The notes beneath the pieces were generated by a model. The model was not told the DNA's origin, searched no databases, and was given only the letters and a program-made list of their open reading frames with translations. A program made the position numbers and the translations under genes. A DNA stretch of 63,032 nucleotides, the filler included. It is 16 parts of 16 records of this genome, joined end to end, with 100 filler letters (N's around TTAATTAATTAA, not from the genome) between each part and the next. Parts side by side here need not be neighbours in the genome. Positions count along the whole stretch, not along the records: positions 35,467 to 39,703 come from SRR9188676_2293; positions 39,804 to 43,346 come from SRR9188676_2296; positions 43,447 to 47,280 come from SRR9188676_2299; positions 47,381 to 49,602 come from SRR9188676_2302; positions 49,703 to 55,249 come from SRR9188676_2306; 11 more parts are not named here. One strand, given 5' to 3'. Below are positions 38,775 to 51,089 of the stretch, one piece after another (the stretch's first letter is position 1; every line of letters begins with the position of its first letter).

Positions 38775-39322
38775 TTAGAAACTCGGGGCGAGCGTGTGAA
38801 GACCTTCAGAGATTCGGTCCAGATATCGCTCGATTCCTGAAGAAAAAGAAAGATCAGTTCAGTGAGATCCGAAGGAGCAATTTGTATCGGTGATCATTTA
38901 CCTTCGTGTTCGTGGGAGCGTTGAAGAACTTCGTCGAGACCTTGGGAGGCTTGGAGCGGCCTCAGAACTTGGAGGAGCCGTAGTCGAGCATGAGGTAGTG
39001 GATAATCACCATCTGATAGACCAACGAACGAATTTTCAGAACTCTTGTCACTATTCGGATGATCTCCAAGAAATGGAGCGAGATTACACGTCGCTCGAAC
39101 CGAGATGAAGCTCATGCTTACCAATTGAAATCAGACATTCCAGACGACCATCCTTTGAAATTGCCTTGAATGAGCTTGTGTCATCAATGCAATCCAAGTT
39201 ATATCTGAAAATATTGAGAATGAGACAAATCAAATCCGAATAACGAACGGCTCGAGATCATACCTTGACAGGCTATCTGATTCAAGAAGCAATTGGTGTC
39301 GAAGCCGGATGCGCTCGTTCAA
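38775..39322 (-). CDS. C-terminal exons of a protein resembling the KNL1/Spc105 RWD domain
   Basis: Four exons join in frame: LNERIRLRHQLLLESDSLSRYNLDCIDDTSSFKAISKDGRLECLISIDGDYPLPH...ERYLDRISEGLHTLAPSF*. The LLxExxxLxR..YNLxxID...YP pattern recalls the KNL1 C-terminal RWD; by-eye only. Confidence 0.45.
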
Positions 39323-39439
39323 CTGCGAGCACAACAGATAAAAACTAGAATTGTAAGGTCAAAATCTCCTCACTACCTCACTTTCAAAGGTTTCAGATAA
39401 GTAAGCCTTATGCAAAAAATTCACCCGAGGACGAAGGGA

Positions 39440-39617
39440 CTCCGTTCGCGACCAAGTTCCGCGACAGACACATCGTTAATGCGCGGACCCCATGCCTTTG
39501 TAGCTGGTTTTCGCGGACACAGTAACCCCCTCCCCATGGGTGCACGCGCACTAATGTCCGGAGTTCGCGCACTAGTATATGGGATGTCTCCGTCGTGGAA
39601 CTTGGCCGCGGACGGAG
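39440..39617. mobile_element. MITE-like element with ~26-bp imperfect terminal inverted repeats
   Basis: CTCCGTTCGCGACCAAGTTCCGCGAC (39440-39465) matches the reverse complement of 39592-39617 (CTCCGTCCGCGGCCAAGTTCCACGAC) at 23/26. Internal CGCG(G/C)AC motifs; no clear TSD. Confidence 0.6.
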
Positions 39618-42600
39618 GAAGACTTTCGTATGTCGAGGATCGCAACAGATCTGTTTAGGAGTTTGTGAGGACAGAGGTCTTGCACAAGCGTTCGAGAGCT
39701 TCGNNNNNNNNNNNNNNNNNNNNNNNNNNNNNNNNNNNNNNNNNNNNTTAATTAATTAANNNNNNNNNNNNNNNNNNNNNNNNNNNNNNNNNNNNNNNNN
39801 NNNTCCACCTAAAAATGAAAGTGATGCAAATAAGCAGATCTCTATATTGTACGATAAGTTCGCGTTGCAAGAGGAAGATAATGATCTTGGAATTACCATC
39901 GTCTGATGGAACTTCATCGTGGTAAGCATCATCCTCGATCACAGCCACACAGGCCCGCCGCCAAAGGGTATGCCGCTACGCTAGATACTCAGGAAAAATA
40001 CTCTAGAGAGGTGATTATAAGTGTTACCTGTTGCAAGACGCTGTTTCTCATTCCATATACAATTATAGCAGCTACCACGTGGATGAGCGCCAGGGCTTAA
40101 ATTTAGCCAGAGCGTCGTAGTATGATTCTTGCTAGGACTTTGATAGAATAAAGCTCGGATTCTTCATGGCTAAATCCAAATGTAATGATGCTGTTGTAGA
40201 CAATACAAGTTGTCAAACAAGATGTGCAGTATTCAGAAGATGTGTGCACATTAGTTTCAGTTTTCAGCCTTTTCATTAAACCTTGGACAACACCGGATTT
40301 CCATGATGTGAAATGCCCACGGTTTCTGGAGACTTTTTTGATTTGTCACTTCATTTGACTGGTGGAAATGGGAACCTTCTCAAAATGTGAGTCTGGAATA
40401 TTCACTGTACACAGACAACAAAGAGCTTGTGGATATTAGATTTGATTTAGCTTGTGAATAACTGAAGAAATACCAGCGATCAGAGGCGCCATTTTCATTT
40501 CCAGGAGAAATGTTTCAGGGTTGAAAATTTTGTGAAAGCGATTTGATACGTGAGTCTCCAATTGTCACCAATCTCATCCAATGTCTTAATTTTGCCTCTT
40601 TCCCCCAGTGTCGTACGCATTTGTGAGGAGTTATTTACCTTGGGGATCTGCTACCTTTTGCGATTCTTGTATTGGAACGGTCTGAAGAAGGGAGCTTTTG
40701 AGGAACTGCTCGCGTGGTATAGGATCACAGACTCGGATTCAGAGAGTGGTGGAGGTCTAGGTCGTCACATCTGAGTCGCATAGAGAGGAGGTTTTGAGGG
40801 AAGATCCTTTCGAGAGAGGAGAGAGTGTCGAGTGAGCCAATATGTTTCGTTTTTTGCATGTAGCAGCACAGAATCCGTCTCTCAAGTCGCGTTTTGTGTC
40901 TGCATCGCTTCCGTCCCTGCCGGACCTACCACCTCGTTGAAGTTGTGACAGATGTCAAAGCGGGAGGTGAGACAGTCCTCTTCCGAGTGGATTGAAAAGG
41001 GGAATAGAGGGGCGGTGGGAGTGCCCATCGGTACTGCAGGCGGCAGGTTCTCAGATCTCACGTATCTATCACATTCCTCTCATTGTATCTAATAGGAGAT
41101 GTGAGGAACCGGGGTGGCTCGTGCTGGGACCAATTCCTGGTATTCGGCCACATGAATAGTGGATTTTGGTTTTGAAAGAACGTGGAGGGGTTGTTCTTCG
41201 GCACCACTCGTCGGTACTCAGATCGATCTGATGCGAGAATTTAGGACTTAGATTCGGAGAAGCTTCGGAAAATCCATGGCAAAAAATGCACAAAAGGCTG
41301 TTTCGAATGAAAGGAAGATGAATTTGCGGCTAATGTTCTGCCTTCCCGTGGTTATCAAAGCCAACAAAAAATGTGCCGGACACGACATATTCCTCAAGCA
41401 ACTTCAACGAATTTTCATCAAACCGCCGAAACCGTGATTGAGGACAAGGATATGACGAGATGACGATTTGGACACATGCAACAACTTTCTCTTGAAAGAA
41501 CCCCGTCGCCTCGCTCGCTTGATTACTATTTACAAATTATTCCTCAGATGACTGATCGTAATTTTAAGAGGTACTTATCCGGATTGGTCGTCCACTGTTT
41601 GAACATATCTCCCCTCTCCAGGGATGTACTACAATATAAAACCCATCTGAATCCTAGAGGACGTCTTACTAGTCTTTCCTTTGAGCGCTCGGATGATTCT
41701 ACTTCATTGTTTCTGAGTTAATTTGAGGACTCTCCTGCGCAGCATTCTTGAAGTAGAACCTCCCTAAACCAGTCATAATTACATAGTCATCACTGTTGTG
41801 TAGAAAAAGGAGAAAGTCCAAAGAAAAGGAAGAAATAACACACAGAAATGGGTAAATAGAGAGATTTTTGAACTGAAAACATTCTTGAGTCTTAAACTCT
41901 TTTCGATTCGCATATGAACCGCCTTTGCTCACATCCCAAATTGCGATGTAGCGGGAGGTAATTAATTCAGATAGTACCTTCAGCATTTCGGCACGGAATT
42001 GCTCTCTCGGCCTCACCCCTCATCTTGTGTTTCTTCGTACTCTTTAGCCTGTGGGGTACTTTTTGACTGGAGTATTGTTAGACGAGAACATCTCGCTCTC
42101 CTCCATGTAATACGAGGAGAAAACATCACAGGAGACAAAAGCACTAGCGCGGGGATGGGATGCCTGTGTGTACGAGAAACTTCCCATCCAAGAGATCTGC
42201 ACCAATGTTATCACCTTAAATTTTGATAATAAGGGGAGGCTTGCAGTGGGCTTCCCCCTAGCAGATTCTTCCCTCTGAAATCGGAATAGATCGCTGAAGA
42301 CGGGGGGGGTCCCCAACATCCGAAAAGGCCTACAATCCACACACAGAGCCTTTTGTACTTAGCGAGGCACCTGGTTTCCTGGGATATCTGTGCTGATACC
42401 TGTCCCCACATTTCATCATGACACTTTCCTTTCTTTGACACAAATGCTGCATTCATTTCTGGGGAGTATTTGATCGTAGCTATAGGGCTTGGACCTCCGG
42501 AAATCTCGGTCCAAAACTCCGATGCAACTGGTGTGGCTGTAGAGTGCCTGTGCTGATGGTTGGCGGAGCTGGGATGGACCGAAAGTATCAGGAGGTTGAC

Positions 42601-43757
42601 TGAAAGACCTTTCTGAGAAACTGCGGGAGGATTTTCAGAAAGATATCCTCGGGCAGAAGGCTCAGTAACAGTTCCCGCAGGAAGTCCCAGCAAATGTTCG
42701 GACAGCGGCAAACTGGGGCAAAGACGGTCAAACCAGAGGCATTTGAATGATTGGGCGGCGTATAGAAATATAGTATTTACTCATATGACCATCTTCATCT
42801 GATAGTTGAAGATCCACACGTGTGAATCCCTAAAAATCGAAAATCAGAAATTGATCTGACATTTTTTACTGTGTGAGCTCATTTCCCGCCTCATTTTTCC
42901 CGCCTGTAATGAATCACCTGAATATCCGAACGAGCTTAAGGCAAGCTACACAGAATGATTCAAACCCAACATTCTGATTTTTCAGATCAGAAAGACATTT
43001 TTTACTGTGCTTTGATGGAATTAAAACGAGGGTAAAAAAAATCAATTCGACCAGAGAACTTCCCCCCCCCCCGCCCTCCCCCAAGGTCTGCTTTTTGACA
43101 GGGATCGACCCATATGAATCGAACCCGCACACCGAATGCGGTTTTGTCGGATCGATGTGGGGTATGATAAATGGACTAAATGAGCTGCTAGAGACTCAGA
43201 CCAAAAAGTGAAGCCCTAAAAATCATAAATAAGAACCATTCCAGTAAAAGCCAAGGAAGTTCGAAGAGAAGTCAGTCATTTTGATATGAAAATATCCAGA
43301 GCGGAAATCAATACTAGAAGTCCCCTTCACGGATGAACTGATGAGCNNNNNNNNNNNNNNNNNNNNNNNNNNNNNNNNNNNNNNNNNNNNTTAATTAATT
43401 AANNNNNNNNNNNNNNNNNNNNNNNNNNNNNNNNNNNNNNNNNNNNTATAGTATCTACTAATAAACACTATTTGTTGTGATGGGGGGTGTAAACAAGTCA
43501 CAAGTCATTCCTTGAAATGTGAGACGTTCAAGGTAGCATAAGGCAGCCTGATGAATTAGAATATTCCGTTTTTTCTGTACTATTTGCCTCTGGTATCAAT
43601 CAAAAATCGGAACAAAAATTGAATCACACGAAATCCAAAAGTCCAGAAAGTCCGTGTTCACGAGTGTTTATTACTTGTCATTAAGAAGGAGAAAATCAAA
43701 ATTACGACGCATTCGGACACCACACCACACCTCAAGAGAGAACAACAGAACATCGAC

Positions 43758-45914
43758 TTAGAGGTTGAACTCCTTCTCGACAGCGGGCTGGAGCTTCTGG
43801 AACAGCTTGCGCTGGCGGTCAGTGGCGATCTTGACAGTCTCGAGCCATTCCGCAACGTCCTCGTGGCCCTCCGTCTTGGCTGCCTTGATCCCTGATGCAC
43901 ACACACATATATATATTATAAACAAAATAAGCCTCTAATTACCCAAATCATTGCATCATCCATTGCAAAACTATCCCACATATTATAGATACATCAGCAC
44001 CATCACAAATAAAGCTCGCTCCTCTTACCCCGTAAATTACCTAAATTATTGCATTTCTTCATCGTCAGAATAAGAAGCTAATAAAGGGATCGAATTCCCC
44101 AAATGGTTCAAGATTTTGAGTTGGTATCTTGAGCAGAAATCATTGTAAACAAATCCAGCAAAGCCACAGATGGATATAAAACAGCATAAAAATCATTCTT
44201 CGATTGACTATCGACGGCAGAAAAAGGGGTGGTAGTTTTGTGTAAATATAATAATGCCCAGCACATATCGCAGACCGCTGTCGATATAGACAGGAAGAGC
44301 GAGAAGAGAACTTCGGAAAATATATTCAATTACCAGAAGTGTAAGTGTGAATAAGTTCTATTTACATCCAAATATACCAGCGACAATCAGATCTCGCGAA
44401 ATGTCGAATCCCCGAGCTTCCTACCAAAATTTATTCGGAACCTTCCGAAACCACGAGATCTAAAAGACTCTAGAGAACCTGAAATGTCATGGTTTTCTGA
44501 CAAAAATGGAACAAAAGGGGTCCCAAATTCACATTTTAGTAGTTGCCCGAACCCTTACGCACACCGCGTCCTTCGAGAGTTTGATGCGAGAGTACATGCC
44601 CAGAAATATTACGAATGAAAGTAAGTCTAGGAAATTAGGCTTGACCAAGAACGCAAGAACATGACCTCCGAAAGTTGACCCAATCTCCCCACACAGAAAA
44701 GAGTTGAGGGAAATAAAACTTGTATGGATTCCCTACAACGATCAGGCATGTGCAAGAGAGTGCGGATAGAATGGACGTACATTCGGGGTACAGGGTGTCG
44801 ATCTGAAAAAGGGCACGTATCATCCACATCAACGGATCATCGCAGAGACACACGTGGTAGAATCCGAGCGGAAAAACGGAGTTAGGAGCAAGTATGAAAG
44901 AGAGAGTGAGAAAAGAAAGGAAGAATGAGTAGGCGAGAAAGGTATTCAGCGATCTGAGCGCATGGGATCCGAGATTGACACGCATCCCGTCATTCTTACA
45001 GAAAAGAAACAAATATGGGATATAAAATCGAACTCTTCGATCTCCCTCGATGATTGAATGAAGTGGGAGATGAATGTAGAAACATAATCCGATAGATCGC
45101 GATATCATACATAGGGGGTGGTACATGTGTCTGAATTTTAGAGTATAGATATTTCTCCAATGCAAGAAAAAAATGGGTGAAAGAGTGGAATCGCTACCTC
45201 GAAGTTCAGAGAGGCGATTGTAGACTTGACATTATCAGCAGTATGGCCCATATCTTCATTGGAAGCGGGATCACCAACCTCCTCCAAGAACTCAAGGTGG
45301 CCGTGAGCGACAGTGCTCTCAGCTATAAAAGAATTCATCGATGAGAGCCACATATGTGTGATTGATCTGGCGGATGATCGGTGCATTTCAAAGAGAAATA
45401 GCTTCTACGAGGAAGCGCGATGACGAACACCGGCTGTTGACAAGTGATTCACGAGGAACCAGTTGTGCATGCATCGCCTAGCGATTTGGATAAAGACGAG
45501 AACGAACCTTCAGCAGCACTGCGGTAAAGCTGAGCGAGCTCAAGAAGACCATCAGCCTCGGCACGCTGAGCGAAGAAGATGTAGCGAGATCGAGACTGTA
45601 GAGATATAAGATGACGTAAGTTTTCAGATCCACAAGCTCGCTCTCGATTTTAACAGCTCATGTACCATGCACTTGGCAGAGAAGGCGGTACGCAGGTTCT
45701 CGTGAGTTGTGCTGCCAGCCAACTGGGGGTAATCACCCTCCTCCTCAGTCGAGTAGTATCGAGCAAAAGTCTGGTCGGAGATCAACGCGCGGCATCAGGC
45801 AAATGAACAGGACTCATCAAAGAGAGAGATAAAATCGAATACCTGGATGGCACCGCGAGTGCGGCGGGGAATGGTCGCGATAGCACGCTGGGAAATCACG
45901 CGAAGCATACTCAT
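43758..45914 (-). CDS. Short-chain rubrerythrin-like (ferritin-like) protein with predicted mitochondrial presequence and degenerate di-iron site; complete, 6 exons
   Basis: Exons 45914-45843, 45770-45666, 45595-45508, 45322-45198, 44802-44781 and 43891-43758 join in frame: MSMLRVISQR...FARYYSTEEE...GSTTHENLRTAFSAKCMSRSRYIFFAQRAEADG...AHGHLEFLEEVGDPAS...TADNVKSTIASLNFEIDTLYPEWIKAAKTEGHEDVAEWLETVKIATDRQRKLF...*. Confidence 0.85.
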
Positions 45915-46120
45915 TCTATCTCTTCCTCTCGTTCTCTGACCCCCAAGTTTTCAGATCTACAGATTTACACTCTTACCCCCCCTATCAAGAAAGTTGTTTG
46001 AATTTTTTGAATTTTGTAACCGTTACACAACAAATCATTTCCCATTTTCCTTTCCTTTTCCTTTCTTCTCGAGGATAGTACAGCTAGAATTAGATAAAGT
46101 AGGCTTTTTTTAGATAGACA

Positions 46121-47163
46121 ATGGCTTTTTCAAAGACTTGTGCCATTGACAATGTGCTAGAGAAGCTTCAGAAGCTGACTGACGAACAGATCGCTGACTG
46201 TGATCGCGAGTTTTCACTCCATCTCGACTGGTTACGTGAAACGATTCAGTTTAGCACAAAGTCAAGCTTTAAGAGGTAACCTATCGCATATTTGGATTCT
46301 CGAATGATTTCAATTGATTGCTGATGTTTGGTGTTGATGATTATCAGGGGTGCTGGGCTTGTTTGCCCTCCATCTACAAGAAAAATCAAAAAGTCTCGAA
46401 CCGCTCTCGAAACATCTTCCTTAGATTTGCAAAGTAATGACCAACCAGGTATCAGCACGACTCTTGATTTCTCGCTATCTCCCGTGCGCCAAGGTTGGTC
46501 ATCACATCTTCACCAACGACAACAGCTGACCTGTCCCTGTCGAAACTAGATGTTCCAAACTTTTCGACACAAGAAGACACACAAAATAATCTTCTTGCTA
46601 ATGCAAGCCAGTCGGTACCTGTGATGGAGTCGGATTCTCACCAACCTGTGGATGTCGAAATGATCGAGGTAAGCAGACTTTTTTCGAAGCCTTGCGACCT
46701 AAGAATTATTCATAAAAGATCCACATATCATATACCTCTCTTTTCTCGTTTTTTCTGCCTTCTCTCTCTCCATTCTCTTCGTAAAAAGCACCCGTATGAG
46801 ATCACATCACATCTCAATTTTCTTCTTTTCTTTTCTTGCCTTGTTTTTTCAACTCTTAGCCTGAATCAACTCCGATGATGGTGGAGCCAATTCTAGAAGT
46901 GTCAACTCCAGAGGTCACAGCACCTGTCCCTCAGGTACCTGAGCCTGTTGAGGTTCAACAGGAACAGCCACTGCCACAGAAGCCAGCACCCAAGAAGAAA
47001 GCCGTGGAGAAGAATAAGAAGCTTGACATTGATGCCAACATCGACCGCCTAATTGGGCTGAGGTGGGACGGCAGATGGAAGGAGTATTTGGTCAAGTGGA
47101 AGGACAATGTCGATTTGGATGACTATCCTCCTGAGACTTGGCTCAAGGCGCGAGAAATCCATG
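46121..47163 (+). CDS. Protein with INCENP-like N-terminus and a chromodomain, 3' partial
   Basis: Four exons from ATG 46121: ...FSLHLDWLRETIQ...GLVCPPSTRKIKKSR (INCENP_N-like), a P/E/S-rich linker, then IDRLIGLRWDGRWKEYLVKWKD...PETWLKAREI (chromodomain). The chromodomain call is firmer than the INCENP call. Confidence 0.65.
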
Positions 47164-47963
47164 GTATGTATACTTGGATCCTCCGACTACTAGCATTAGT
47201 CCTTTATACTTATATTTATATTTCATGCCTCTTTTAAGATCGATATATTATATCCATTCTGAGCTTATTTATATATATATNNNNNNNNNNNNNNNNNNNN
47301 NNNNNNNNNNNNNNNNNNNNNNNNTTAATTAATTAANNNNNNNNNNNNNNNNNNNNNNNNNNNNNNNNNNNNNNNNNNNNGATATCCGCCCGATAAACCT
47401 GTAGACCAATGTTGAGTAGATGGGTACTTTTTTTTGCTGCTTGAGGAAGTTTGATAGTGAAGCACGCCAAAAGTAGAATATGTTTTCTCAAGATAGAATT
47501 CAAGAGAAGAGTCATTCTCAAGCTGAACTAGTTGAAGAGAAAGGTCGTGAGTATCAGCAAAAACATGATAAAGTTAGCGAGAGCTCGCAGCGAGAGGATC
47601 GCGAAACCAGTCAGAATATTACGTGAAAGGTCAATGTAGATATCCACTCTGAGTTTTTTAGTCTTGAATCGTGAACTTATTGAGATTCGCAAGAGTACAG
47701 GGATCAATGTTGTGTGTGAAATTCAGATGTGGCAGTTACAAGCACCAAAATAGCTTGGGTTCTGTTATGAAACCCTGTGATGTAAGGCTCGCAGCATCAG
47801 TAACTTCGAGGAATTCCACCATTCTTCCTGGACTGATCATATTTGAGTCAAGAACACAAAAAAAAAAAAATTGTAGTACGTATACGTTTATACCCTCCCT
47901 TTTCATCAACTTCTTTGGTGAAGAAAGTGGGCATATAGCCCCTAAACGAGATTACGCAGTTCA

Positions 47964-49127
47964 ATGCGCTTGTTTGTCCTCGGCCTTTGTATTCGATTAG
48001 TGCTTGTTCTTTATGCTGAATGGCACGACTCTAATCATTTACTAAAGTATACTGATGTAGACTACTTTGTCTTTTCGTAAGAAGCGCTCATCTTCCACTA
48101 AATAGTCAGAAACATCTCATCCATTTCCCCTGCTAGCGATGCTGCGCGCTTTGTTCATGAAGGCCATGACAGAGGACCGTATGCGCGATCAACATATAGA
48201 TATACACCCCTCCTAGCTTTTCTTTTAGTCCCGAATGCCTGGATCCCTGCCTTTGGCAAGCTTATGTTTGTGCTTGCTGATCTACTCTGTGGAAAAGTCA
48301 TAGAGCGTATACTCTATTTAAATAGTGAGATTTTCATCTTTATTATAAAACAGTTTATTAATTTCTTATCGATTCCAGGTCGGCTTCGAGATTCCTCCAT
48401 AATCAGGTTCTGCGTGATGCTTTGGATTTTCAACCCCATCACCATCAATGTCTCCACCCGTGGAAACGCTGAAGCTCTAATATCGCTGGTTAGTATATCA
48501 TCTTGCATGTTTATCTAATTTCTTGAGAAACATCTTGCTGATATTTTGCTTTTGGGTCTGTCCAGATGGTGTTGAGTACAATCTATTTCGCGTATGCCAG
48601 GAATCCGGTATGAACGAACTACATCGCCCTCTCATCGAAGTTACTACTCTACTTTGAAACACCACCTTCTAGCTCTCATAATTTCTTGCTAGGATCTGGG
48701 CGTAAAATGAGATCTGAATCATAGAACACTTTTTCCGACTGTTTGTGAAATCAGAAGGAACGAATCTTTTGGTACCCAGCCGCTGAGAGATTTCGATTAT
48801 TCACCTGCGATGTTGGTGATCAGGACACCATGATGATCTTCGAGGCCTTAGACAAGTGGAGAAAATGAGCTCAGAATCGTTGTTCGACGAATGACAATTC
48901 TGCAATGAGTTGAGTGGAATAATGTTATATGGAATTGATAAATCTCTCGACTGTGTATTTCCATTCCGATAGTTGTGCCGTATCATTTAACTGATCCGAG
49001 CGCTCGATTTTCAACTCTCCCCTCCTGTTGCCTCATTTTTTCAGGTGTTCTGTGGGATGATGTCTGGCCTATCGATACACTTCAAACTGTATCCGTTCAT
49101 CTATCTACCCTCGCTCTGGATTTTCTG
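47964..49127 (+). CDS. PIGM: GPI mannosyltransferase 1, 3' partial
   Basis: KYTDVDYFVFS|DAARFV...PYARSTYRYTPLLA...FGKLMF...WIFNP...VSTRGNAE...GLSIHFKLYPFIY. Confidence 0.93.
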
Positions 49128-50410
49128 GTATGATAACCCCCACCCACTTTCAGTGCGATTATATTTTTTTTTCTCCTGTTTTTGACCCGAAAAAGCTGCT
49201 GCATTAGTCGACTTTTGGGATTCGAGACCAAGCCCGAAATCTTGCATAAGTATTTGAGAGCGAAGCCGGAGAATGTGGTGCAAAATCAAGGGCAAGGCCA
49301 AGAACCCGATTCCGACGGATTGAAAAATGAAGTGGTGTCAGGAAGATGGTGTTATCCATGCGGGAAAAACAATTTAAATCATATATACACGAAGCCAGCT
49401 GTGAATATGCTCGGCAGGGCTCATATTCATCTGAACTATTGGTATTGGAATGTATATCAAATACGGGTATTCATTTTTCATAGATTCAACAGTTTTTGTG
49501 AAAGAAGTATGAGGATCGTCAACTTATTTATTCAGTCACATCACTCTCTCCCCGGGTGACCCGAACTCTCGAACTCTCACTATCACCCTCACTATCACCC
49601 TCNNNNNNNNNNNNNNNNNNNNNNNNNNNNNNNNNNNNNNNNNNNNTTAATTAATTAANNNNNNNNNNNNNNNNNNNNNNNNNNNNNNNNNNNNNNNNNN
49701 NNGATGTGCCACGCAGATTCATCACGAGACCAGTCACATGACGAATTAGGAGCCGGAGAGGCCATCGCCGGCGGGGGATTTGTAGCTGTCTGGACTAACT
49801 GTCTCGTCCTTATGATGATGAGTGTCCACTTTCTCAATGACCACATCAAAACAAGCTTCAGGGGAACTATAGCCTTTGAAGGTCAGTCTGACGAGAGATT
49901 ATAAAAGGCTCGTCTCATAATCACGAGGGCTGGGAGGCAGGTCGAGTGCTAGGTCGGCTGGGATCGAGAAGATGCGAACAAGTCGCAGCACGCGGCCGCA
50001 CTCAATCATGAACAAACAAGAACAAAAACAAATAACCACCTAATTTCTTCTGTTAATAATTACAACGAGACTATAACAAAAGACGAAAGTGCCAAGAGGT
50101 TTATTCCTCGGCCCAAAAAGTATCGGGCAAACCCCGCCACCGCAGGCTCAATATAACTCCCGTGCACGTGATTAATCCTACAGCAATCACATCACTCATC
50201 ACGAATTCCATACACCTACAATCGTTCCATATCCTTCTTGTACATCGTTGTCCATACATTTCTCACTTTTTTCGTCTGCCACTGCCTTCGTGAAGAATCG
50301 CCATTGTTGGAGGTGAAATGAGCATAGGTGTCTCAACATCAAGGAGGTGGAAAGCAGGTGCGAACTCTGCTTAGTGTAGTAGCCCTGATTCGGTGGAACA
50401 GGGAACCCTT

Positions 50411-51089
50411 TCATTCTTTCATTGGACAGGCTTTAACAGTGTGACCCATACGACCGCATCGGTAGCAGCGCCCAGAAAACCCGATCCTACTCGCGGATGC
50501 AGAAAGTGGGCTAGCAGGAACCTGCTCGGACTTAGCCACATCCAGCAAGCTAGCAATCAACGTGTTCTCCTCCTCCAATGAACCCAAGGATTTTGCCAGC
50601 TTGATGAGAGATGAGTTTCTTACATTTATCGCGTCCGCTATAGTTTTTCGAGCGATCGGCATCGCTTCGGAAGCGATCTGCCCCGGCCTCTTCGATGTCA
50701 TAGATGTTTTCCAACAGCGAGTCCAAAAGACCCTTGATTAATCGTACGAGTTCGCGATGGGCTCTTGGCATCTGAAGACATGTTCATAGAGTTGATCATC
50801 TTTTCAATAAATCTGGCTGATGTGTTGCTCGCCCAATTGCACTCGACAATTGCTGTTGGTCGCTGCTGGATTTGAGAACTGGGTCGGTTGAGGTTGAGGA
50901 GCCTGCTCGCTGGATTTTAGTTGCAGCTGCTGGGGATCTGGTTGTTGGGATACCTACTGTGGTGGAGGCTGCTGCAGAGGAGGCTGCTGCGGCGGAAAAA
51001 AGCAAACGGCGCCGGAGGCTGAATAGCCGGTGGATTGGTAATGCCTCTTCCCCCGGTACGACGTCAAATTCAATGGTAGGCTCTGTCAC
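50411..51089 (-). mobile_element. Frame-disrupted gag-like remnant with CCHC zinc knuckle (possibly DIRS-like)
   Basis: Three successive ORF pieces end in GRCYRCGRMGHTVKACP (CX2CX4HX4C), preceded by helical RNSSLIKLAKS. No introns needed; no RT, integrase or tyrosine recombinase recognised. Confidence 0.4.

Noticed and set aside
38900-39012. In-frame TGA (38962-38964) suggesting selenocysteine or a variant code
   Set aside because: It lies in the wrong frame. The splice-phase-consistent frame is open, and all reconstructed genes fit the standard code.
39804-43346. ORF fragments on this contig, including a GIPFGG string recalling PIF1 helicase
   Set aside because: Interrupted by stops, with no other helicase motifs and no consistent exon chain; left unannotated.
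38775-47163. KNL1-like and INCENP-like genes as a mitotic gene cluster
   Set aside because: They are on different contigs separated by linkers.
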